This document shows positions 1 to 13,400 of a DNA stretch of 64,000 nucleotides, piece by piece (the first letter of the stretch is position 1; each line of letters opens with the position of its first letter). The notes under the pieces are model-generated. The model saw nothing but the letters and a program-made list of their open reading frames with translations, did not search any database and was not told the DNA's origin. The stretch lies in NCBI RefSeq assembly GCF_024521635.1, contig NW_026250429.1, positions 248,001-312,000 on the forward strand, given 5' to 3'. The translations under genes and the position numbers were made by a program. This DNA comes from Tricharina praecox (taxonomy: Eukaryota).

Positions 1-3000
1 TAATCCGTATTCTCCCCTTCCGCCCCCAACATGCTGTCAGTCGTCCCGACCTTATGGCTCCTTTTTTCGGCGAAACAGTAAGGCGATCTGTGCGCCCCTG
101 AGACAGTCAGGCAGATGTGGGGATGGGGGAGGGAGGAGGGGGCACGATGTTGCCGCTGAAAAAATCTTCAGGAAATAAAATGAAAAATAAAATGGGAAAA
201 CGGGTGGAGTTGCGATAGCCATGAGATATCACTCGGGCGTTTCTTTTCTTTTTTTTCCAGCCACCAGTCTCACCGGCTGATGGATGGGGGATGGGGGATG
301 GGCGGAGATACAAGGATACCTACCTACCTAGCTCACCGTCTCGGAACCTCGAATTGGGACTCACTACTACTGCTAGTACATAGGCCTGGGAAGTTGCGAT
401 GGGATATTTTGGGCCCTGATGATTCACGATCACTCTAGGTACCTTTACTAGGAGACATGCTCGTGCGCGCTGGGGAGCACTGGGGCAGCTTGCTTCCTTG
501 CTGGATCGCAGCAGTCGGACCAGTGTAACCGTACACAACACCGTAATCGCTACTCTATCTCGGACGGACGAACTACTCAGTCACTGGTCCACATCGATCG
601 GCCGCTCGCCGGTCGGCCCATTGACTAGGGAATAAGTAAGAAATATTATTGGCCAAGACTCTCGTGAGTGAGTGAACGAGAGAGAATGCGAGACAAAAAG
701 CAAAAGGAAAAGGAAAAAAAGCAACTGGTCGAGACTCGAGAGGAAGACGAAATCGACAAGATACTCTTGCGCTGTCTACTTCTGGGGCGCAAAGGAACGA
801 ACGACCTGCTTCGGGATTAGCTAGGGCTGGAAATTGCTGGCCGGCGGCGGCGGCGGCGGAGGCGGAGGTTTAACCAAGCAACCAAGCAAGCTTGTGCTGT
901 GCGACGCTTCCAGGTTGCTTGTTCAGACTGCATAGATGGAATATCTTCATAACTGCAATATGTACTGCTTGCTACTTGCCGCCTCGAGACCTCTCATAGC
1001 AAAACACCTACAAATACTACTACCTCCTAGTATGGCTGGGTATTCAAGGCTAACCCGCCGTGCGCAGTGCTGTGGTGCCCTCCATACATCGGCGCAACGG
1101 TTAGTTACGGTTGAGAATCTCTCACTTCCTCTTTCTACCGCTGCTGCTGCTGCCTGCCCAATGCCTGCACGGGCGCCGGTAGGAATTGGATGTACAATAC
1201 ATGTAGATATATCCACTGATCACGTCAAGAGTGAGGAGTGCGTATTTTATTTACGCACTGCCGCGCCGCACCGCGCCCGCAAGTTGCAACAGCTCATCGC
1301 TAATCCCCGGCAAAATAACGGGCAATCATACGTACTTTTAGGTAGTGAGTGACGCGCAATATGTAGATAGGCAGAACGGCTTCATCCGGGCGGCGGGGGC
1401 TCTTCCAAGTGCCTACCTCCTCCTCCCAAGTATAGCAACCCGATCCTCGGGGCTCTCGGCGTATATGCTCCCGCAATGTTTTTTGTCCGAGAGCGGCGTG
1501 CCCTCGTGATGAAAAAGATAATGTTGGTTCCTCCTCCTCCTTTACTCCCCCTCCCTCCCTTCCTCCTTCTCCTCCTCCACATCCACACCCTCCTCATCCC
1601 TCATTCCTCATCCTTCCCTTCCTCTTGACTTCTCGATAACGGATTCTTCACGCCATGCCAAATCGGGGGCGTGCTGAAACCAATGCGCCCTCCTGAGTCC
1701 TCAACCTCAAGTTCAGAACACTCCGCCTCGAAAGCGGATGTCCGCGTGTCTACATATCATATCAGCGTACACCTGCCCTGAAAGTGATCTCCAGCGTGGA
1801 TTTGGGACGGTGCGATCGGAGTTTCCTTGCCACCGTAGGTACATACCTACACCGTCCACCGATCCACTCGGTTTTCCGCATCGTCAGCGACGACAGTGGC
1901 GGCCCGGTTCCACTCCGTCTGTCCCTGTCCCCCACTAAAAATGGTGGTCGTTCGCAGTCATGTATGTAGGTACATACACAGCATGGAAGGATAATGCCTG
2001 TGTCCGCAGCCGCGGCGGCACATGTACGAGGGATGAGACATATTGACACCACCACCACCGCACCACCACTACCACTACCACCACCACTACCATCATGCAC
2101 GCACCGGGTATGGAGTGGCTGACGGGTATGGTTATGTACATACTCTATGTGCCTTCGTTATATTACTGATCCGGTGTGATGGTAGAGTATCCATCAAGCA
2201 ATCCCGGGAGCGGGCAATGACACTGGCGGCGGACGTGATCCATGGCTGTGGAAACAGCATCAGCATGAGCTCGAGTTTCCACTGCTGGGTGGATTCTGGA
2301 GGTACCTAGAGTACGCGGAAAACGCGCGCGCGCGCTCGAAATAAAAATAACTGTGGTATGGATGGGAATCCATTATCCTACCCTTGAGTACCTACATACG
2401 GGACTGGACGGCGGAGTCTGGAGAGATCCAGCGGCCCTGGAGGGTGACGACATTCGGTACGGAATCCGCCTCCACTATCCTAACTCCGCACGCACGCATC
2501 CACCCTCCACCACATGGCCAATCCATCCACGTGTTGCCCGTTCAAATACAGGAATTACGGTTTACCCAGATCAACTACATCCTCGTTAGGGTAGATTGAC
2601 TGTCGGGCCCGCGCAAAAAAGAAAACAAAAAGAAAGAAACAAGACATCCGTAACACGGAGGGAAGCACTGCAGTACTACACCGACCGTACTATAGGTAGT
2701 ACATAGGACAACCCCACAAAAGCAAACACATTGTTAGCCGGATATCGATCTATACGGGACGGTATGATGTACACTACTCTACGATGTGTATGTATGTCCT
2801 CAGCTATGTATGTGTATTCCCCAGCAGCTGTGTAGCCTGGACCGACCGATGAATCGATGATAAGAAACTGGATATGCAGCGCTATAGTTAATAGTTTCAA
2901 AGGTGAGACATTCTTTCTGCAGTCGGCACTTGTTCTCTTGCATAACTGCATAAGGAAGGGAACCACATCCTTAGGTAGTTATGCAGAACGCACCACCATA

Positions 3001-5727
3001 TCATGATATCCGTTTGGCTGGCTGGCTGGCTGGCTGCTGATGACGCCCGACGCCCGGCCCCCGACGCCTCCGCGCTCGCACCTCCTCTGAGTCCTCTCTC
3101 TATCTTTCTCGGAGTCTTCCTTCTCCGCCTTAACGGCCGATCGATAGAAACCGTCCTAGACTCTTAGTAAAATCTGAACATGATCCTCATCCTGAACCTG
3201 AACCTGAACCCGGACCCGCACCTGGACCTGGCTCAAGCGTTAGTTAGCCTTTCCGCTTCCCAGCCCCAGTCACAGCCCCAACCCCAGCCCCAGCCCCAGC
3301 GCAGTTGTTACGGCGCCGCGAGTGATACCACCCAAGTAACTACCACTACCAGACGGCACCCCCCGCCCCCTCCCCCTCCCCATCCCCCTTCCCCGCCTCG
3401 GGACCACCCACTAGATCCTGGCTCGTTGGATCCATCAGGCAGGCAGCTGTACTATAGTACCTACCATACATACCATACTATACATGCGCACGTACTCGTA
3501 CATACAAACAGCTACCTACCTGCCTACCTACCTACCTACTACCAACCCGCAGCAAATTTCCCAGTCGTACCGTATGTACCGACTCAGCTCATGATCCCTC
3601 TCCGGGTATATATACCATGCAGATCGGGGGGTCGGGGAGGGGGGATGCATGCACTCAAGTCAAGTCAAGTCGAAGTCCAGTCATGTCGGAATCCTCCCAG
3701 TGAGTAAGTAAGTGAGTAAGGCTGACGCCCCGGAGGCCGAACCATGGACGGACGGTGGTTCCGTGGGTGGTTTGTACGATACCATGATGGTAGTTATAGC
3801 AGAGGAATTTATGATAGCGGAGGAACTTATACCTACTATACATACCTACACAGACCCCATTCCCTACGCCACACATGCGCACACCACTACCACTTCCAAC
3901 AATACCAGTACATACCAGTACCACCTTCACCTCGGCCTCCACCTCCACCTCCGCCGTCGCCCTCCACACCCACCGTACGGTTGAGTCTCGACTGGCCGCG
4001 CGGGGGCTAAACGCGATCACAGATAAGCCAAGCACGCTTCGTCACTCGGTATCGGCAGCCGAAGCCGCGGGGCCGCCTGTAGGCTGCTGGGAAAGCAGAA
4101 AAGGAGGAGATGATTGATCGACAGGACCCATGGCTCACATCTCGGCCTGTCTCTCCGTTTTGCTCATAGATATATGTACATGTGTAGTCTCAAGAGTACA
4201 TGTTTGTATGTATGAGACAACCTTCTTTCTCGCAATCTGATACAGGAATATGAATCCCAAACGTCGCGACTCGCCACCCCTTGCGACCCCGGGTAGGTCG
4301 ATATAACCAAGTAGGGCCCAATATCTCCATGCAAACAGAAAGAAAGAAAGAAAGAAAGCCAGACGAAAACCCTACATACCAAGTAACTACTACCCCGCTC
4401 CCGGGGATACGTACGCATTCGGGCATATCGGCCGTGTTGGGTAAGCAACACCGGAACGCGGTGCAGGTTGTCACCATGATCACCGTTCCAGGTTGACCGC
4501 AGCTCGCCCGTTTGGTCGTTGTTGGTGGTACATACATATACTGATACGTCTCTTTCGTGTTGTGTGGTCCCGAGTCCCGACAGCAGTTGTATGTAGGTGC
4601 GGGGATACGAAACCTACATACTAGGTATACGGTATACCTTACCGTATGATCGTGCGGGGGTAGAGCGGGATGGGATCCTCCGCGACTACGGTGTGGCGAT
4701 GGCGATGGCAGGTGTCGACTTTTCGGAAACTTCAAACTTGTGATGGTTGTAGATTTATGTTGGTTTGGCAGCCAGAGTAGATTATTACGAGGGATGTCCG
4801 AGTCATTGTGCTGACGGCAGACTGGCAGTTTTTTTGCTTCTGTCTGTACGAACGAAGGGCTCTCAGACTATCTAGGATACCGGTAGTGGTCCGGTGGCGT
4901 GTTATCCTGCTCATATTCCCATAGTAGAAACTATATACCATAGGCGCCATAAGAAAGAAAGGAGGAAGTAGTGAATAGGATTATGTACTCGTGTGGGCCA
5001 GCACTGAGCAAGCGCGCGCCGTTAATAAAGAAAGGATCTTGATTGGCGGCGGTCAGCAATCGCCATACCATAGGGACTCGGGACCGGAACCCCGGGTTCA
5101 TCACCATCAACCACGGTCTTCCCTGTGCATCACTATGTAAGAGTCCGATTCTGGCGGCGTTCATCCTGGTTCGAGTGGTGGGATTCACCCGGTTGGTGGA
5201 AGAAACGGCGGTGAGAATCAATTGCGTTCGTCACGGAAGCCTTGCTAGCAAGTCACCGGGCCTCATTCGGATCGAACCACAATGTCAATGGCAATTCGGC
5301 CCAGCCGCCAAAAAAGGGGCCCCCATATGTAGGAAAGGTCTGACCGGCCGAAGCGGGAACATGGTAATTCTGGTCTAGCAGGGCTTTGCCACGATCTCCC
5401 AGGAAATCGAATGGTGGTTCGATTACTTTGCCGTCGTAAGCGATAGGTGTCGGAGATTCGGAGTACGCGTGTGGCTAACAGAGGACCAATAACCACACGA
5501 ACAAGCATCGAAAGTATCAGACGGCAGCCGTTGAATCCCGATGTGATTCCGAGAACCGGCTTTTGTTCTGTCCAGAGGCACTATGGGCACCGTCGGCCGC
5601 GGCAATCCCCGCACCACCACCGTCGTCACCGCCATCACCATCACCCAAGAATTGTTCCAGCAAAGCCAACCGTCGGTATTCTGTACATACAACCCCCATT
5701 CCTTCTCCCTCTCCTTCCAAATCCACC

Positions 5728-6305
5728 CTATATCTTGTGCCCAGCACCGTGGAATGGCGAGAAAACACCACGCACACTCGCGTTCGCACTGAAAACAGGC
5801 TTCGTCACTCTGCGCAACTTCAGTCCCGACGAGTTCCGCAGCAGCTCCGCCTTAGCCAGCACCTGGTTGTGTTCCAGATTGCGTACGCAGATGACCTTCT
5901 CACGGCCGTTGACTATAGTAGGTACGCATATGTCTCAGTGTTCTGGCGGGGCGAGGCGGGGAGGGAGGTGGAGATATGGGGGACGTACTGTACTCGCCGC
6001 GGATGATCGGGTGCTTATGTGGCCGCGGCGACACGGTGATCTCGATCGCGGGGTTCGCCTTCGCAAAGGCCGGCAGGTGGTGCTTCAGGAAAGCGCTATT
6101 GGTCGGCCGCCGCCAATCTGTCAGTCAAGCTTCCTTCCTCCCCGCCAATTCTCTTTCCCGACACGGGGGGTGGGGGGGCTCACTTCATCCCGCGACTGCT
6201 ACCCGCCCAGTCGCAGTAGTTGAACTCGAGACGTTTGCATTGGAGCACGAACGCGCCGACTCCGTTCTGCGATTTCGAGATGAGGCGTAGCGGTGTTACA
6301 GGCAT
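5728..6305 (-). CDS. MRPL51: Mitochondrial large-subunit ribosomal protein L51 (mL43/L43 family), 137 aa, 3 exons; not in ORF track
   Basis: Exons 6305-6184, 6095-5989 and 5912-5728, with donors GTGAGC and GTACGT and TAG acceptors, join in frame to [89 protein letters not shown]...[16 protein letters not shown]. NGVGAFxLQCK, YCDWxGSSRGM, HPxIxGxYxNGR and SVRGxxSPFH are recognisable mL43 motifs. Confidence 0.93.
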
Positions 6306-6892
6306 CGTTGTGGTGTTCCGGGAGTGCGGAGGTCGAGCGGCGCGGCGGTGAGGTTACTTACTTCTTACGTGTGTGGGTGGGACTTTTTCGCGCTAGTTAA
6401 TGGGTGCTGCTGCGGCTCTGCGGATGACGCTCTGCTATGGGCACGGTTACTCGGTCATGAAACTCACTCGAACGGATGGTTACGTGGGCACGCGAAAATT
6501 GGGAGTTTTGGAACTTGTATGACAGCCTACAGCGAATAGTAAATAGAGCTTCTCTATCAGTTCAGCGCTTCGTGAAGGCGCCATTGAATCCAGCAGAATT
6601 CGCGTTCGATCCGAGATCTCCCATTTGTGGAGTGGTGGTGCTTCTGGGACGGGTGTGTTTCGAGCTGTGTATATCTCGTTAAAGTGACATCTCCTCGCAG
6701 TGACTCGTGGAATAAAGTGTCCTGGTTGGATTGGAGCTGACTATCGCCGATGTCCCCGCCCTCGACCGCAGTTGACAGTTGACGAAGCTCACGGGCGGAG
6801 ATTTATTAATTATCACACCGCGCTGAATGAAAACCTGCAAGCTGCTATTCAGAGAAGTGGCTTCAGATGTGTATTTGAAACGTAGATATGAT

Positions 6893-6944
6893 CAGTGCAG
6901 GTAACAGCCCAGCCCATGGGCTTTTTGGGCTGTTGCCTGCACTG
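6893..6944. mobile_element. 52-bp MITE / internally deleted hAT-like element
   Basis: 19-bp terminal inverted repeats (CAGTGCAGGTAACAGCCCA and TGGGCTGTTGCCTGCACTG, one mismatch), flanked by a perfect 8-bp direct repeat GATATGAT (6885-6892 and 6945-6952). An 8-bp TSD and CAGTG termini match the hAT superfamily. Confidence 0.75.
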
Positions 6945-8744
6945 GATATGATACAGAGAATCACTCGGCTCTCACCCCATTCACAAGGTCGCAATTGGGC
7001 CTGTGTCTAGAGTACTCCCGCCCCGCATTCACCCTTCCGCCTCTTTCTTTTCCTCCCTTATATATCCGCTAGGCAGATCGAGTACAACGAACCCGTCCAA
7101 TCAATTATCAATGTAGTTTTCTCGTCTTCCCGAGAATCTACCCAGCCGCAGCCGCAGCCGCCGTCTCGCCGTACAGGCACCCTGAGCTCCTGCGATGTAT
7201 TTACCGGCCGATCATTTCGCTGGTGACGACATGGAAAGGCGCCGACGGAGATGGAGTCCACCACCCATCACCATCACCGAGGAAGCAGGCACCGGTGCCG
7301 ATGGGATGGCGACGATAACCACCTACATACAGTATATCTACTCTAGCTATCTATAATCAAGATTCAAGAGAGCCTATGAACCACCAGCCATGGACGAGCC
7401 GTCGACTCCACATTTTCACCGTACCGTACCGCATCCTCGTAATGTAGAAATATTCAGTAGTAGTCTCCATCGCTTCCGGCTACAGACTTCCAGTCTTCCA
7501 GTCTTTGGCTTGCGGCCAGGATGCCCCAGCTAGTTACCCCTTCAGTCACTCCACGTGCAGCTTGCTTTGTCCAGCCACCACCATGGCACCATCTAGTGTT
7601 TCCGTTGCTTCCTACCTAGTCGCGGACTCGCCGTATATATCCACCCTTCGTCAAGAGTCTAGACTCAAGCAAAGACGGACCCGCAGCGGCACAGGAGATC
7701 GTACTCCATACCATCTCCTCCATACCACCGCCGAGGGTACGAGGGAACGAGGAGAAGTCTCCACCGAAGCCTGACGCCAACTTTCAGCTTTCCTTTTTGC
7801 TTCTAGGCTTCTAGGCTTCTCCATCGGTGCTCTGGGCGCCGTATGTACATACGAGGGGCGGATTGAAACGGGCTCCTCTTTGCGTCTGATAATTAGTGCC
7901 CTTTTTCTCTTTGTATGTATCCTAGGGGCGGTGCACTCTGCACTGTGCCCCAGATGCACTCTGCACCTGCGATTCTGCGAACAAGAACAAGAACTACCGC
8001 TTCACCCTTCCGACTTCGTCAGCGAGACAAGCCACATCTCTCATGGAGGGCGAGGGTCTGTCCGACTCTGCATCTATCTATTAGTACTAGTAGACGATAA
8101 TGTGCTTTACTCCAGCTGCTCAAGCTGCTCGAGCTGCTCCATCTGCTTGGGCACCATGTATCACTCGACGAAAAACTCATGCATCCGTGCTTGTGAGGTT
8201 GATTTGGTTCTTTAGTTTGACCAAGATCTGTCTGGCCTCTGGACTCTGCTCTGGGAAAGCGAGGCATGTAACATGTTGATTGTTTCCCCCCGTCTCCGCA
8301 GAGCAAGCCTCAAGCAGCTGTGTCTGTGAGTGTTGGGCAGTGGGCACGGCACGGCGATTTGCAAGTTCGCAAAGGCAGATGTGACCGCAGATCCATCATC
8401 CCCTCAAGGCTCAAACTGGTAGGTAGGAAGCCCGTAGGCTATATACCATTATTACCATCAAGTATCCGCAACCATCTTCCCAAGTATCCGCAGCCATCAT
8501 CCCAGGAGCAAGCAAGCAAGCACAAAGTTCAAGCGCATACCATTGCAACAAACCAGATATCACCTACAAACCCTACAAACCCTACAAACCCACCGCATCC
8601 CAAACTAAACCAGTTACCAAATCACAAGAACAAGCAGCAAGATCAAGCGGCCAGTAACAGCAAACGGCCGATCCGTCAAATCAAATCAAATCAAAGCAAA
8701 GCAAAGAAAAAACTAGCGCCTACACAATATCTCAAGCCAGCCCA

Positions 8745-10272
8745 TTACAACGCCCTCCTCTTATTCCCCCTCCTCTCGCTCCCATCCTTCCCTGCATCGT
8801 CCACGCCCACATCCTCCTGCTCACCGCCCTCACGCTCCTCCAGCATCTCGTCCCACTCCCTAGCGCGTTTCCAATGCGTAGTGCCCGGCTTGACAAAGTC
8901 GCCCACGCGCTCACTCGCATCGGGCAAGGGCCTGCCGGGCAGGGCATGGGACATGATATCGCCATTGATGGACCTCAGGGACCAGGCAAAGACAGCGACC
9001 TGTCTGATGGAGTCCATAAAGTCCGTCTGTGCGGCGGCGGACGGCAGGGGTTTTGCCGGAGCCGCGGCGCGCGGGGGGAGCGCCCACGGCGCGGCCGAGA
9101 CTAGTGGTCCCTCTGCGCGCGCCTTGCGCAGGATCACAACGAGGCCGTCCGAAGTGCAGGAGACGACCGCTTCGACTTCTGTAGTTTCGTTTGCGACGGG
9201 GGCGGGGGGCGCGGGTGGCGCGGGGCCGGCAGAGCCAGAGATGGACGATTGCGGGGTCGAGCCGCGGCGGCTTTCGAGCGAGCCGTCTTCGCTACCCTCG
9301 CCCTCGCTGGTTCCCTGGTCGGAGCCGGAGCTGGGGCCTTCGCGGACGTCGTCTCCCTCGTCGTCGTCGTCGTCGGGGGCAGGGGTGGCGCCGTCCTCCT
9401 CGTCCTCGCCTTCCTCGCCGTCACGTCGACGCGGGTCCCGCCAGCGGAAGCGGAGGTACGCGATCGAGTCGTTTTCCTTCGCGCGCTCGACGGCGTCGAT
9501 GCAGTCGACGAGGCAGTCCTCGGCAATACAGTGGTAGAAGCTCCGTCCGACGGCATCTTCCGCCTGGATGCCCAGGAGCTCGCCGAGTGCGTGCGTCGCA
9601 TACATGATGCTCAATGTGCGGGTAAAGCGGTTCAGGATCAGTGCGGCGCGCGGCTCGTGATCGTTCACTGACTGCCCCGGTGGCCGTCGGGGTGTCGTGA
9701 ATTTCGGCGATAGGTGCGCTAACATCTGATATCTAGGATCCCGCTCGGGTGTGGAGAAGGCGCGGCGGATGGCAGGGGCGACAGCAGCACGGCCTATATT
9801 CGTCCCCACATCAGCTATCGCTCGGTAGTGGGGTGGAATGCGTGGAGGGGGGCAGAGGCCATACCCTGGCTTTTTTCAGTGTACCTGTACAGGGACGTAC
9901 AAGCCACAATAACAGAGTAGACGACGGTGAAGACGCATTCGCAGCGGACGTAGACGCCATCGGTCCGTTTCAAATTGCAGTAGGAAAGCATTGCGGCGCG
10001 GTCAAGGTGCACTCCGCGGCCGTGAACGGCCTTGGCGAACGGCGTTTCGTCCGGGTGGAAGTATTCGAAGCAAGACTTGCCAACTACCTCTCGTGGCTGG
10101 TAGCCGAGTACGTCGCCGATTGAGTCGGAGGCGTAGAGCACCCGCGCGTCTGGCATACCCCGTCTAGGTCAGCTCGCCCACCTACACATGATTACGGACG
10201 GCCCAAGGGATAGACGGGTGGATGGAAGGTACCGGGCGTCAGGTCGTGCATCGTGATGAAGGTGATATCCAT
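8745..10272 (-). CDS. Conserved fungal PAS-domain protein (N-terminal PAS plus second PAS-like domain), about 457 aa
   Basis: Exons 10272-10233, 10149-9865 and 9793-8745 join in frame: MDITFITMHDLTPDARVLYASDSIGDVLGYQPREVVGKSCFEYFHPDE (PAS motif) ... EPRAALILNRFTRTLSIMYAT...GRSFYHCI...SIAYLRFRWRDP...EVEAVVSCTSDGLVVILR. Branch sites GCTGAC and GCTGAT. Confidence 0.88.
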
Positions 10273-10440
10273 GGTGGCGACGGCGGTGGCGGCGGAGGAC
10301 GGAGCTGTGGTGTGGAGAAGGTGAATAGAGTGGATGTGGGGAAAGGTATAGGTACGGGGAAGGGATGGATCGTAGTCTCGGTGGCAACTAGCGGCCGTTG
10401 CAAGCTACAGATGTCAGTGGGGACGGTCCCGAACACCCTC

Positions 10441-10449
10441 TTTATATAA
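10441..10449 (-). promoter_or_regulatory. Putative TATA box of the PAS gene
   Basis: Minus strand TTATATAAA about 170 nt upstream of the ATG, followed by a pyrimidine-rich leader. Confidence 0.5.
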
Positions 10450-13400
10450 CGGCCCCAGCTGGTGAAACTGGAACGTTTAGCTCAAGCCTTTTCGAGCAGG
10501 GATGCGAGGCAAGACGTGGGGAAGGACGAGGATCTATGCAGGATGTCTGTAGCGCACCTACATGGGATTGAGGAAGAAGCTCGCAAGAAAAAGAGGGTGA
10601 GGAGAGGATGGAAGGGAGCCGGTGATGGCGATCTAGGTAGGTAGGTGAGTAAGTACCAACCTGTGGAGGTATTTAGGCAGGAAGCCGGGAGCCCCGGGAG
10701 AGGATATGATCTGTAGAGTATGGTTTGGCCGTAGGATAGAGTGCCTAAGGTAGGTATGTGCAATTGATGGCCGCCTTTCACCACACACACACAACGTTCA
10801 CCAGCAGCGAACCAAGCAATCCCAGTGGATGGTATGTGGAGTACTCTACAGTAGGTACATCCACTTCACTTCGGGGATTATTGGGAGCCGCGTCTGTCTC
10901 TTCAACTATCATGAATGCTGCCTGTTTTCCCGCATGTGCAGGTGCAAAAGAGGGCGGCGACGCAGGGAGAGCAATTCAATTGTGCGTTTCCTTCGGTTCC
11001 GTCCTCCAGTGAGCAAGTATGTAACTTGGCTCGCTGCGGCCGGCGATAGGGATGGGTGTATTTAAGTCAGCACTCTGAGTCTCCGACTCTCAGACGATGG
11101 CGGGGGAGTGGAAGTGGGAGCTTGCGGACATGCGGCAGGTAAGAAGTAAGCACTCGACTCGGTTCTGTCCGTTTTTTCCCCTTCCTTTCGACGGCCGAGC
11201 AAAAACAGGAACGTTCCCACTTCTCGTTTCGTGCGCACCACTCCAGCACTGATATCGCAGTGCCCTTGGACGAGAAGAAGTGGTAGACGGATGGAAAGAG
11301 TCAATTAGATACTACAACTACTACTATAACCAACAAGTACAGAGCTCAAAGCACAAAGCACACGCCCGTCCATCCGTCTGCCTGTCCTCCCATCTGCTAT
11401 GCATAGCTGCATGTGCATAAGAAGTCTGTACTCACTCGATCATTGACGTGAGGACGCCTCTGCTGCCGCCGTCGTCGTTATGTGGGCATCCTGTTGTTCC
11501 TTCTCTTTGAATCTTTGATATGTCTAAGGCTGTCAGTACAGCACTGAGAGTCTGAGCCCGAGACACCACCAAGCACAGTAATCTCGTGAACCCGAGTGTC
11601 TCTGATTTCCGAGGGTTTCTATGAAGCCGACTGGCTGCGTACATGCGTGTAGGCGCCAACATCGCCATGTCGTCGGGATAAGCTACTAGTTATAGTACAT
11701 AGTGGAGAGCGGGCCCGCAATCATGGCGCCTACACACTGTTCCTACATACTTACTCTACCTCCACGGCTCTAACCGGATGCACGACAATGCACAGTCACT
11801 CGCGGAGGAAAGTTCCAGCTGGCCCCGTAGGCCGTGGGTCGTGGGATCCACGCCGAGAAGTCGGTGATATCGATGATCTTTCTTTCTTGTCCGCTGCGTG
11901 ATAGTTATCCTCCAACGTTTGCAGCAATTGTGGGGGGACGTTTGCAGCAGTGCCCTAGCCACACGGAAGGCCCAAGGGGGGATCACAGTTAACGTTTGCA
12001 GGAAGTCATGGACGTCATCGTGGTGTTGTTCACGGGAGTAGGTACCTGGTAGAGTACTGTGTGTACGGGTGTACCACAAATAATCCCTAACGAAGATGGC
12101 GGAGGAGGATCAATCATCAATGCATGCGGTGATGAGTGCGGGTGGCCATTGGTCGAAGATAGGCCATGAAATGTCCCTTACCTATCCCATCGCTTTGTCA
12201 GGATTTGAAGGAGGAGGGGGGACACTGATGCTTGATCGATCACTCGATCACTTGCTTCTATGTACTCTATGTAGGCTCTGGCCTGGGTGGCCAAGAGGAG
12301 AATTAGTCATGTTTACTACAGACTACAGTTGAGCAGCGAGCTTGTGGTCGTGGGCTCAGTGGCTGTATGCATGTCCTAGGGTAGGGGCCTGCTTCAGGGA
12401 AGACATGTATGTAGGAATATGTACGTTCTATTTCCGTTTCCATTTCCACTGCAATGGCCACTGGCTGGATCGCCGAACAGCTCGCAATTCCTGGCTGCAA
12501 CATTGGGTTTGACGTTGCGGATTTCACTTGGCTCGGGGCTGGCAGTCATTGGATCATATATCACTCTCATGCTGTGGATGTTTTGATTGTTGATGTCATT
12601 TTTTTATCGATTTCATCCATCCATCCATCCATCCTCGAGAGCTGTAGCGGCGTAGGCACGGTACGGTATTCAACCGTCTAAACGGCTACCTAGAGGATTC
12701 TGCCTCGCCATTTGCTGCCTCATTCTCTCTCTCGGTCTGCTGCAGCCTGCAGAATTTATTTGCTTTTCTCACGGTCGATCTTCGATTTGGTACTCTACCG
12801 TCGGCTATGGCTTGACTGGTCGAGACTCGTGGACCGGGTTGCGAGAGATACAGAAAAGAAGAACGAACGAACGAGAATGGCCAAGGCTAAACGTCGGGTC
12901 GATGTCGCTGGAACTGAACATAAACCCTAGTCACACATATGCGGGAGGGGAGGGGAGGGGTGAAGGGAGGGTTGGAAAACCAGCCAGCAGCTCGGCGGGG
13001 TGCACTGGCGGTCGACATTGGACAATCCCACCAGCACCGCTCCGCTGGACACTGAGTCGGTATAGACGTAGTTATGGACAGTGGTACATTCTGTGATGAC
13101 TCTGCCATGGGTAGCCTGTAGGTAGTCAATAAATCCAATGACTCGAGTCAATGGAGTCAATGGAGGCTACCGTAGGTTATGTCAACCCACCCTGCCCAGA
13201 AGCCCAAAAGCCCATACATACCTCCTACCCATCGTCGTTCAGAGTTCTTGACAATGTCCGAAACCCCGCGGATAATCCTCCTACGGCATCTACCTACCCA
13301 CCCACATACTTCCTACCTACTCCATCAACCAGGAAATCCCGCGGCAAAGGCCGACATCCTGCCGATCCATCATCCTTCGAGTTCTAACTTCTTGCATTAG

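Noticed and set aside
5253..5474. Protein-like minus-strand frame (..IAYDGKVIEPPFDFLGDRGKALLDQ..)
   Set aside because: No start codon or convincing upstream exon, and no family recognised.
8320..9671. Long + strand ORFs (e.g. 405 aa at 8320-9537)
   Set aside because: Antisense shadows of the GC-rich PAS gene; no domain motifs.
11780..12040. Coding-like fragments on the minus strand (LLQTLEDNYH / KIIDITDFSAWIPRP)
   Set aside because: The fragments are in different frames and match no recognisable family.
12129..12228. Box C (GTGATGA) ... box D (CTGA) spacing suggestive of a C/D snoRNA
   Set aside because: Only a ~3-bp terminal stem and no recognisable rRNA guide sequence; such motif pairs arise by chance.
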